Shown here: piece by piece, positions 19,559 to 28,304 of the stretch
Numbering within the stretch: the stretch's first letter is position 1
Layout: the number at the start of each line of letters is the position of its first letter
NCBI GenBank assembly: GCA_902774285.1
Contig: CACYHO010000002.1
Location: 27,023-91,022 of the forward strand
Source of the DNA: an uncultured Pseudomonadota bacterium
GTDB lineage: Bacteria; Pseudomonadota; Alphaproteobacteria; Rs-D84
Length of the DNA stretch: 64,000 nt
Direction of reading: 5' to 3'
Notes under the pieces: generated by a model
Told to the model about the DNA's origin: nothing
What the model saw: only the letters and a program-made list of their open reading frames with translations
The model's database searches: none
Made by a program: the position numbers and the translations under genes

Positions 19559-22009
19559 TTATAACCCATAGCCGCTGAGACTTTCTTTTGTAAGATTATC
19601 TATCACACAGCTTTTTCCACTCTTGTCCCAACGACCTTTTAACAAATCTGTGCACATATCCATGAACCAATAATCTGTTAATTTGCAAGAACCATTGTCA
19701 TCTAAACCTTCCTGCCATTCATCTTTTAAATCAATACACTGGCTTTCTTTTTCAGCACTGATACACCAACCAGTGTCCACCAAACCCATTTCAACAAAAT
19801 CGCCAGCTTTTGTAACTTTACGTCCATAGTATTTTGTATAAAATTCTTGAACCAACATTTCAAGGGCCGGTTTTGCTACTTCATCGGCATCAACCCAAGA
19901 ACCGCCCAAATCTTCACAACCAGCTGTAAATGCAATACCCATATCATCATAAATTTTCTTTATAATAATATTCATAACATTTGTATTCAATGCAGTAGCA
20001 CTTATAGTGTTAGCCCCATCTTCGTTTATTAAATCACTTGGGCAAAATACTTTTCTTCTGTTATCCATTGCAGCGCGTATCTGTGCTTTACTTTTCTTTA
20101 CGTCTTTATCTGTTGCACATTTACCATAAGGAATCTGTTTATCAATAATGTAATTACCGCTTGCATCTGTCGCTATACTACCATCAGCTTCATATTTATA
20201 TGTAATATCATCAGGGCATAATTCATGTGCATAGTCTGATAATACGGATTCGCAGCCTTCGGCAACTTTGACACTGTCAACGGTATCAACAAATGTTAAC
20301 AAAGATTGTAAACCGCAATTTTTACCCGCAACAGGTTTTAATTTCTTTGATGCGTCATCATATACACAACCATCAGGATCACCGTACAATGCCGCACAAG
20401 CCTGAACACGATCATAACACATACCACGTGCGGTCGCCGTTGCTATTGCGCCAGTTCCCTGAGTTTTTGTAGTATCTATTGATAACAAATCACCAGTTTG
20501 TTTATCATAACATTCTTTCACAGTTGCGACACAAGAATCTTTTATTTGTTGGATTTTATCATCTTGAGCTTGAGCAATTTGGACAATTGCAGAACGTTTG
20601 AATTCTTCCCATACAACATCTGCATTATCACGACAAGAATCCAATGCTGTTTCTGCAAATATTTTTTTGTTATCCAACCAACTATTAAACTTTGGATTTG
20701 TAGACAATATATCCGAACTGCCATTCAAAACAATCAAATTATTAAGACCAAACAAAGCTTGAGAATAAATCGGTTTACCTGTGTTAGGATTTATATATTG
20801 ACCCGTATAATCCATACATTTTTCATAATTTGGACCACATGCAGTAGATTGACGCAAAGCATCTTCTACCTCTGCTAAACATTCGTTAACATCAGAAGAG
20901 TTATGAGCTTCATAGTTGTCTAATCTTGCTTTCATAAGATACTTACGTGCTGTTCTGACAGTTTCTTCTACACTAAGCTTCTTGGCGCTTATATTTTTTT
21001 CATACGCATTACAATCTTGGGTTATCATGATAGAATATGAACTGCGTGCCAAATTAAACATCGCATCGCCGCCGCAGGATTCGCGGACTATTTCGCTGCA
21101 TTGTTTCATTGCGCTATCATATAATTCTTTACCTTCTAATGTTGAAACATCTGTATATGAATTATCACCGAATATTGAAGATGAAGAACCAAATATATCG
21201 TAATCATCACCCGAAGAAAAACTGGACAAATCTAATACACCCAATGATGTTGTGTTTTTCTTTTGTTTAACAGTCGATTTTTTCCCAGATAAAATATCAC
21301 CAATGTTATTTAATAAATCCCATGATGCACTGGAATCTTTTGTTATAGCTTTTTCACCTTCTGTCGCTGTGTACATAGCATGAACTTCAGCAGCAGTGTT
21401 GTTAACAGACTCTAAACTGTTGTCCTGAAATTCTGCCAACATTTTTAATGCTTCATCCAATTTATCGGATGTATCACGAAAATCAGCGAAACGATCACTG
21501 CAAAAACATCTTCTGTATGTATCATTAGCATTTGCGCACAATTGATCCATACATGTTGCATATGCATCACGACAGTTCGCATAACCACCACCAATCTTTG
21601 ACACATCATTAAATACAGCGGTTGCACGAGCAACACCGGCACGTGATACATTAGCAGAACCAACTTTTTGTTTTGTTCCAGAACGAACAACAGATGATTT
21701 AGATGCACTTCGTGCCATACCGTTTCCATTTACAACATGACGGGCAGAACGGACAGAAGCCGCACGAACGGAAGCAGGGCGTGCAGTAATAACAGCACGA
21801 CTTTTTCTGCCGTTTTCAGCAGCGGAACGAGCGATTACAGAAGTAGCAGAACTCCGTATGGCAGCACTGCTTGCAGAATCTGCCGATCTAGCAGAACTTT
21901 TTGCAACCGATGAACCACGTTGATTAGGCTGTTGTACACCAAACGCAATCGCAGGTACAGCCAACGCTATAACTGATATTTTCAAAATATTTTTGATAAA
22001 ACCTGCCAC
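19559..22009 (-). CDS. Secreted cysteine-rich protein with an S/A/R-rich low-complexity N-terminal region, 816 aa, unknown family
   Basis: Signal peptide ILKISVIALAVPAIAFG. About 100 residues are made almost only of S, A, R and V. The rest is a large domain with many spaced Cys, e.g. YANCRDAYATCMDQLCANAND..RRCFC. Confidence 0.6.
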   Translation of the reverse strand: MAGFIKNILKISVIALAVPAIAFGVQQPNQRGSSVAKSSARSADSASSAAIRSSATSVIARSAAENGRKSRAVITARPASVRAASVRSARHVVNGNGMARSASKSSVVRSGTKQKVGSANVSRAGVARATAVFNDVSKIGGGYANCRDAYATCMDQLCANANDTYRRCFCSDRFADFRDTSDKLDEALKMLAEFQDNSLESVNNTAAEVHAMYTATEGEKAITKDSSASWDLLNNIGDILSGKKSTVKQKKNTTSLGVLDLSSFSSGDDYDIFGSSSSIFGDNSYTDVSTLEGKELYDSAMKQCSEIVRESCGGDAMFNLARSSYSIMITQDCNAYEKNISAKKLSVEETVRTARKYLMKARLDNYEAHNSSDVNECLAEVEDALRQSTACGPNYEKCMDYTGQYINPNTGKPIYSQALFGLNNLIVLNGSSDILSTNPKFNSWLDNKKIFAETALDSCRDNADVVWEEFKRSAIVQIAQAQDDKIQQIKDSCVATVKECYDKQTGDLLSIDTTKTQGTGAIATATARGMCYDRVQACAALYGDPDGCVYDDASKKLKPVAGKNCGLQSLLTFVDTVDSVKVAEGCESVLSDYAHELCPDDITYKYEADGSIATDASGNYIIDKQIPYGKCATDKDVKKSKAQIRAAMDNRRKVFCPSDLINEDGANTISATALNTNVMNIIIKKIYDDMGIAFTAGCEDLGGSWVDADEVAKPALEMLVQEFYTKYYGRKVTKAGDFVEMGLVDTGWCISAEKESQCIDLKDEWQEGLDDNGSCKLTDYWFMDMCTDLLKGRWDKSGKSCVIDNLTKESLSGYGL

Positions 22010-22063
22010 TTCTTCTCTCTTTTTTTAGTATTATATCACTTTTTGCCATACCATTGCAAGAAT

Positions 22064-22663
22064 TTATTCTATACAACAGTTAACAGCATTCTTAACCCAT
22101 TGCCCCAGTCTTTTGACACCAGACAGTTTTTCTTCTTTTTTGTCTGATTTCTTTGCTTTTTTACCTTCTTTTTCATCGGCACAAGCCTGTGTTGCACCAT
22201 CATAAAAAGCAGGAACAGATTCATGAACCCCACCCAAATCTATCAAATGCATATTTAAACCCCAGAACAAAGAATATAAATCATATGCTTTTTCAAACAT
22301 TTCATATGCTTCTTTTTTCTTACCTGCACCAATCGCTTTGGTTCCAACCTCATAAATACGCATAGAAGCGGCCAATAAATGTTTAGAAATGCACCAAACT
22401 TCACCATCGTCACCGCTAGATTTTTTTACAATGCGTTCCATCAATTCTTTGCGCATACTGCGAACAGTATTTATCAAATCATAAAAACCAACTTTACCGG
22501 TTTTTGCGCCACTGAAAAAGAAATGTTCTTCCAAAGATACCAGGTTCATCAACGCAATAGACAAATCTTGATCAGAAGACAAATCAAGTGGATTCGCTTT
22601 TTTAGCAGCATCCAATTTTGCAATCATTTCTTCCATAGATAATTTTTTACTATTTTTTTTCAT
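22064..22663 (-). CDS. Hypothetical protein, 199 aa, Lys-rich C-terminus
   Basis: Clean ORF co-directional with its neighbours. No motif recognised. Confidence 0.45.
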   Translation of the reverse strand: MKKNSKKLSMEEMIAKLDAAKKANPLDLSSDQDLSIALMNLVSLEEHFFFSGAKTGKVGFYDLINTVRSMRKELMERIVKKSSGDDGEVWCISKHLLAASMRIYEVGTKAIGAGKKKEAYEMFEKAYDLYSLFWGLNMHLIDLGGVHESVPAFYDGATQACADEKEGKKAKKSDKKEEKLSGVKRLGQWVKNAVNCCIE

Positions 22664-22681
22664 AATACTGTTCCTTTTTAA

Positions 22682-23200
22682 TTACATTGCAAATTTTGAA
22701 ACCAACATACTTGTTATCATTAACATCACTATTGCCAACACAACCTTTTCAAAAGGGAAGTGTGCATGATTATTATTACGTTTTTTCATCCATTCATACA
22801 ATTTCTGTGAAATAACATAGACAATTCCACCAACAATAGCCCAAAATAAAAACGCATCAAATATCCAATAGCATGGACTGTAAGACAAATGATAGATATA
22901 CAAACCAGCAATCATTGAAAAAGCCAAAAGCATTAAAAACGCATCACGTCCCCAAAAATGCCAATTCTTTTTATCAAACCATTTGATCGCCCAATATCCC
23001 ATAATTACCAAAAATGCACCCAACCAAACAGCAACAGCATTATCACAAACGCCCAATTTTCTGGATATAGTAAGAGTTGCACCAATAGCGACAGTGCATA
23101 CAGCACACGCAGGGTTAGCAAATGCTTTTGAAGTACACAAAGTGGCAAATAAACCCAACAATAACTTTTTCATATCTTTTCTTCCTTTTTCTTTCGCCAT
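22682..23200 (-). CDS. Integral membrane protein, about 4 TM, with an N-terminal CAVC motif
   Basis: Hydrophobic helices throughout. CAVCTVAIGATL follows directly after the signal-like segment. Confidence 0.5.
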   Translation of the reverse strand: MAKEKGRKDMKKLLLGLFATLCTSKAFANPACAVCTVAIGATLTISRKLGVCDNAVAVWLGAFLVIMGYWAIKWFDKKNWHFWGRDAFLMLLAFSMIAGLYIYHLSYSPCYWIFDAFLFWAIVGGIVYVISQKLYEWMKKRNNNHAHFPFEKVVLAIVMLMITSMLVSKFAM

Positions 23201-23237
23201 TTTACCAAAAAAACAAATATCAGGTCAATAGCATAAT

Positions 23238-24086
23238 TTACAACTTTTCAACCCCGCGCAAATGTGCAGATCGTGCGCGAGAATTTAGTTCTAATTCACC
23301 ATCTGACGGTGTTTTGGTTTTTAATAATTTATATTTTGGCACATTTACAACCGGCAATCTGGGGTCACCAGTAGTTTCCGTCCATTTACGAAAGGTGTTT
23401 TTCACAATTCTGTCTTCAATTGAATGAAATGTTACACAAATACAACGTCCACCAGGGCGTAACAAATCATTCACAGACACTAACGCATCCTTAATTTGTC
23501 CCATTTCGTCATTCACTGCGATACGCAATGCCTGAAACACTGGTGCTATGTCACCCGGGTTCTTTATCAAATCACGCAATTCAAATGTTGTTTTCGGTTG
23601 TTTTTCTTTCAATATAGTTGCCAACATACGCGACTTTTTAATATCACCGTATTCGTATAAAACATCAGCCAAATCTTCCACACTGGTATTTTTTATCAAA
23701 TCAGCAGCTGTCGTATTTGTCCGTACATCCATGCGCATATCAAGCGGGGCATCAAACCGAAATGAAAAACCGCGTTCTGCATTATCTATTTGCATAGAAG
23801 AAATCCCAAGGTCAAAAACAACATCATCAAAATCTTCGGATTTTAATTGGTCGATTTCTGCAAATGGCGCATTGATAAAACGAAAGTTATTACCATACTC
23901 TTGCAGTAATTGTTTGGCATCAGCAACCACATTTGTATCACGATCAAAAGCAATGACTTTTGCACCACGTTCTAAAAATGCGCGCGAATATCCCCCAGCA
24001 CCAAATGTGCAATCAACAATTGTGCGGCCACCTATATTACCAAGCGTATCCAAAACATCGTTTAAAAGAACAGGTATATGTTTCAT
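23238..24086 (-). CDS. rsmH: 16S rRNA (cytosine1402-N4)-methyltransferase
   Basis: HIPVLLNDVL, DCTFGAGGYSRAFLE, DLGISSMQID and FHSIEDRIVK motifs. Confidence 0.93.
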   Translation of the reverse strand: MKHIPVLLNDVLDTLGNIGGRTIVDCTFGAGGYSRAFLERGAKVIAFDRDTNVVADAKQLLQEYGNNFRFINAPFAEIDQLKSEDFDDVVFDLGISSMQIDNAERGFSFRFDAPLDMRMDVRTNTTAADLIKNTSVEDLADVLYEYGDIKKSRMLATILKEKQPKTTFELRDLIKNPGDIAPVFQALRIAVNDEMGQIKDALVSVNDLLRPGGRCICVTFHSIEDRIVKNTFRKWTETTGDPRLPVVNVPKYKLLKTKTPSDGELELNSRARSAHLRGVEKL

Positions 24087-27000
24087 TATTCTATCGTTAC
24101 TTTTGTTCCAAGTGCTGTTAAATCTTTTGCAGTTGTAGCGCCTAATTCTACTGTATTCTTAAGCGCCAACGTTGCTGTTTTGCCATTTGAGCACAAATTC
24201 AAAACAACCCGTGTTTGACCGGCAGGCAAAGCAATCAGTGCTTTCTTAACATCTGCCAAAACAGCCTTATCATGCACTTCTATTGTTATTGTTTTCGCTA
24301 TTTTCGCAACCCATTTATTCAATGGCATTATAGAATCTACAAATATAGATATTCTGTCGTCACGTACAGATGTTTTTCCAGAAATTACCACTTCTGTTTC
24401 ACTGTTTAATATTTGCGACAAATCAATGGAAGCTTCACCAAACGCAACACATTCAATATTTCCAAAGCTGTCTGACGCATTTATAGTCAACATATCTTTG
24501 CCAGTTTTTGTCTTGCGACGTGAAAAAGAATTAACATTGGCGGCAATTTGAACATTTTTACGATCCCCCAGACCAAGTAAAGTTTGGCTGGTTGTTAAAC
24601 CGGCACGCGTAATTAAATGTTTATATTGGTCAAGTGGATGTGCAGAAATATAAAAACCAAGTGCCGACAATTCGTTTTCTAATCTTTGCGCAAAAGTCCA
24701 CTGTTTTGTTTTTGGTAAATCTTTTAACAATCTGTCTTCACTAACATCATCTTGTGTTGTATTAGCAAACAAAGACAAAGAATTGGCGCTTTCACGTGAT
24801 TTAGACGCATATGCCAATATTGCATCTGCATTCATAAATATCAATGCACGATTTTTTTCCAAAGAATCTAAAACACCAACCCTGGCAAAAGCTTCCAATA
24901 TACGTTTGTTTATAAAAGGCGAACAACGTTTGATAAAGTCTGTTAAATTTTTAAATTTACCGTTGGCTTCGCGTTCAGCAACAATTTGATCTGTAACACC
25001 CGTTCCAACACCTTTTATTGCGGCCAGGGCATAAATGATTTTACCGTCTTTTACTGCAAACGAAGATTCACTTTCATTAATATCTGGGGCAACGATTGGA
25101 ATATTAAAATTAGTTTTTGCATCATCTACAAATATTGCCAATTGGTCTGTATCATTCATATTACTGGACATAGATGCAGCCAAAAATTCAGCCGGGAAAT
25201 GTGCTTTTAAATACGCACATTGATTTGCAACGATAGAATAGGCGATAGCATGTGATTTATTAAATGCATATTTTGCAAATTCTTTGAACTTTTCCCACAA
25301 ATCTTTTGCTGTTGCTTCATCCAAAGTCCCTTCGGTTTTGCAACCTTCCAAGAACTTGATTTCCATTTTGGCCAACAAATCCGCTTTCTTTTTACCCATA
25401 GCCTTTCGCACGGTGTCAGATTCACCGCGTGTAAATCCAGCCAATGCACGCGTCAAAAGCATAACCTGTTCTTGATAAACGATAATTCCATAACTTTCTT
25501 TCAGAATCGCTTCCGCTTTTGGGTGAACATATTCTATTTTTTCTTCACCATGCATACGGGCAATAAATTGTGGGATAAATGCAATAGGTCCCGGACGATT
25601 TAAAGCATTTAATGCAGATATTTCCAAGAAACTTGTTGGGTGCATTTTTTTCAATGTCTGTTGAACAAACGGGGCATCGAATTGGAATATGCCTTCGGTT
25701 AACCCAGATTGCCACAATTTCATCGTTTTTTCATCATCTGTTGGAATCTGATCCAAATCTATATTTATGCCATGTGTTTTTTGAATAAGTTTTGTTGCAT
25801 ATTTTAATACAACCAATGTTTCCAATCCCAAAAAGTCAAACTTGATCAAACCAGCACTTTCCAAATAATGTCCGTCAAATTGACAAGATGGTAATTGGTT
25901 GGCCGGGTCACGATAAACAGGTGCAATCTGCGTAGTAGGGCGGTCACCAATAACCACACCACATGCATGTTGACCAAGATTTCTGATTGATCCTTCCAAA
26001 TCTTCCGCAACAGAAACCACTTTCGCCATATCAGGATCGTTTTCCAGCACTTCTTGAATTTCACGCGAAGAATCAACAGCTTCGCGTAATGTTTTTGCAT
26101 CTTGTGGGATTAATTTAGAAAGCCTGTCTGATTTAGAATAAGGCATACCGTAAACACGTCCAATATCACGAACGGCCCCACGCGCCTGTAACGAACCAAA
26201 TGTTATTATTCTGCATACTGAATCTCGACCGTATTTTTCGCCAACATAATCCAAGACGCGTTCAATACCAGTAGGTTCAAAGTCAACGTCAAAATCAGGC
26301 ATTGATATACGATCAGGATTCAAAAATCTTTCGAAAAGCAAACCATATTTTAATGGGTCAACATGCGTGATACCCAATGCCCACGCAACAATAGAACCAG
26401 CACCAGACCCACGACCTGGCCCAGTTAAAATATCGTTATTGCGGCACCAATTAATATAGTCGGCAACAATTAAAAAATACCCCGGGAACCCCATACCAAT
26501 AATTGTTTTCAATTCAAATTCTGCCTGTTCAAAATAGGGCGCAGTATCGGTAATATTATGATCTTTTAAACGTTTAGTTAAACCGTTAATTGTCGCATCA
26601 CGCAACATTTGACATTCTGCTTCAAAATTATCACCAAATTTGGGCAACAATGGTTTTTCGTGTACATTTACATAGAATGCACATCTTTTTGCAATATTAA
26701 CAGTATTTTCAATTGCTTCTGGTAAATCAGAAAACAATTCAGACATTTCTTCGCTCGATTTAAAATATTGCTCAGACGATTTACGTGGTCTGTCTGGATC
26801 AATAACTTTTGTTTGCCCCAACACGCAACCCAAAGCATCCATTGCTTCATAATCATCTGGATGCGCAAAACAAACATCATTAGTCGCAACAATCGGTATA
26901 TTTAAATCACGCGCAATTTGTAAAAACACTGGTTCTGTTTTTATTTCTGCTTCCAATCCATGTCGTTGAATTTCAATATAAAAATTATTGCCAAATATAT

Positions 27001-27523
27001 CTAAGAATTGTTGTGCTAAATTAAATGCGGTATTATTTTGATTATTTAAAATTGCCATACCAATCGCACCAGTATGCGCACCAGACAAACAAATCAAATC
27101 GTCTTTATGTGCCTTTAGTTCCGCCATCGTTATATATGGTCCCAAATGATGATTTTCTTGGCGCATATACATTATGCGACTAAGTTCGCACAGATTTAAA
27201 TAACCAGCATGATGTTTTGCCAACAAAACAATTTTAGACAAAGAAGATTGACGCAAAATTTTTGGGTCGGCACTATGATGATTCAACGACAATTCAACAC
27301 CAATAATTGGTTGTAATTTACTTGATGGCATAACATCAGAAAATTCTGCACAACCAGACATCATATTTGTATCTGTCAAAGCACAAGCAAACATATCATT
27401 GTCATGACATAATTCTGGTATACCTTTCAATATCCCTAATTTTTTATTAGCAGCAACAGACAGAGTACTGGCCCCAACAGATATTTTTGAATGAACACGA
27501 AGATGTACAAATTGTGAAGGCAT
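24086..27523 (-). CDS. dnaE: DNA polymerase III alpha subunit
   Basis: N-terminal PHP domain (FVHLRVHS), GRGSGAGSIVAWALGITHVDP, FLGLETL, and a C-terminal OB-fold region. 1145 aa. Confidence 0.97.
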   Translation of the reverse strand: MPSQFVHLRVHSKISVGASTLSVAANKKLGILKGIPELCHDNDMFACALTDTNMMSGCAEFSDVMPSSKLQPIIGVELSLNHHSADPKILRQSSLSKIVLLAKHHAGYLNLCELSRIMYMRQENHHLGPYITMAELKAHKDDLICLSGAHTGAIGMAILNNQNNTAFNLAQQFLDIFGNNFYIEIQRHGLEAEIKTEPVFLQIARDLNIPIVATNDVCFAHPDDYEAMDALGCVLGQTKVIDPDRPRKSSEQYFKSSEEMSELFSDLPEAIENTVNIAKRCAFYVNVHEKPLLPKFGDNFEAECQMLRDATINGLTKRLKDHNITDTAPYFEQAEFELKTIIGMGFPGYFLIVADYINWCRNNDILTGPGRGSGAGSIVAWALGITHVDPLKYGLLFERFLNPDRISMPDFDVDFEPTGIERVLDYVGEKYGRDSVCRIITFGSLQARGAVRDIGRVYGMPYSKSDRLSKLIPQDAKTLREAVDSSREIQEVLENDPDMAKVVSVAEDLEGSIRNLGQHACGVVIGDRPTTQIAPVYRDPANQLPSCQFDGHYLESAGLIKFDFLGLETLVVLKYATKLIQKTHGINIDLDQIPTDDEKTMKLWQSGLTEGIFQFDAPFVQQTLKKMHPTSFLEISALNALNRPGPIAFIPQFIARMHGEEKIEYVHPKAEAILKESYGIIVYQEQVMLLTRALAGFTRGESDTVRKAMGKKKADLLAKMEIKFLEGCKTEGTLDEATAKDLWEKFKEFAKYAFNKSHAIAYSIVANQCAYLKAHFPAEFLAASMSSNMNDTDQLAIFVDDAKTNFNIPIVAPDINESESSFAVKDGKIIYALAAIKGVGTGVTDQIVAEREANGKFKNLTDFIKRCSPFINKRILEAFARVGVLDSLEKNRALIFMNADAILAYASKSRESANSLSLFANTTQDDVSEDRLLKDLPKTKQWTFAQRLENELSALGFYISAHPLDQYKHLITRAGLTTSQTLLGLGDRKNVQIAANVNSFSRRKTKTGKDMLTINASDSFGNIECVAFGEASIDLSQILNSETEVVISGKTSVRDDRISIFVDSIMPLNKWVAKIAKTITIEVHDKAVLADVKKALIALPAGQTRVVLNLCSNGKTATLALKNTVELGATTAKDLTALGTKVTIE

Positions 27524-27546
27524 TTAATTTTTCTCTGATTTTCTCT

Positions 27547-28278
27547 TTACGCTACATTATGACTTCTTTTAAACATATTCCAAAACAAATTGAAAACATT
27601 CATATCTGTTTCTGGGTTTTTAGCAATAGACAAAGTATCCCAGTCGATTATACCGATAATATTCATATCATCATCAAAAAATAAATTGGTTTCATTTAAA
27701 TCAAAATGCGCCAATACCGGTTTAGGATTAACACCTGTTGGTATACTTTGTTCTGGTTGACGTTCAGGCTGAAGTCCGAACCAAAAACGATCATAATCAG
27801 GAACAGAATTAATATCTATTTGTTGTATTTCTTTGATAATTTCAGATATTTGTTTTTTTATCTTTTTTTCATTTTTTAATATGGTTTGCATGTCAAAATC
27901 AGATATTGGGTGCCCTTGTATTTTTTCTGTTACATACATAGGCATATGACCTTCCAAATACATTTCTGGTATATTTACACTTATGTGCGGTCGAACAAAA
28001 TCGACTAAAAACTTATGCTCTTGCAATCGTTTCAAAGAAATATTACGAAACGCTTTTACATAATATTTATCATTAACAACACACGCAAATCTGTTTAAAT
28101 TAATCTGTCTTACAAATTTGATTGTTTTTACTTTTTCATTATACACACGTTTAATCAATCTTTTAATCCTTGGCGCGTACAGTATCATGTTAATACTTCC
28201 CCTTACGCGTGAACGTCTGCCACCATTTGGAACAAAACAAGATACAAAGTTTCCAATATAAAAAGGTATTGTACTCAT
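27547..28278 (-). CDS. Kinase-fold phosphotransferase (APH/choline-kinase-like)
   Basis: Catalytic-loop-like HFDLNETNLFF (HxDxxxxN) followed by IIDWDT, with an upstream YVKAF lysine. The substrate is unknown. Confidence 0.55.
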   Translation of the reverse strand: MSTIPFYIGNFVSCFVPNGGRRSRVRGSINMILYAPRIKRLIKRVYNEKVKTIKFVRQINLNRFACVVNDKYYVKAFRNISLKRLQEHKFLVDFVRPHISVNIPEMYLEGHMPMYVTEKIQGHPISDFDMQTILKNEKKIKKQISEIIKEIQQIDINSVPDYDRFWFGLQPERQPEQSIPTGVNPKPVLAHFDLNETNLFFDDDMNIIGIIDWDTLSIAKNPETDMNVFNLFWNMFKRSHNVA

Positions 28279-28304
28279 AATACACTTCCTTTTGTTGCCA
28301 CAGA

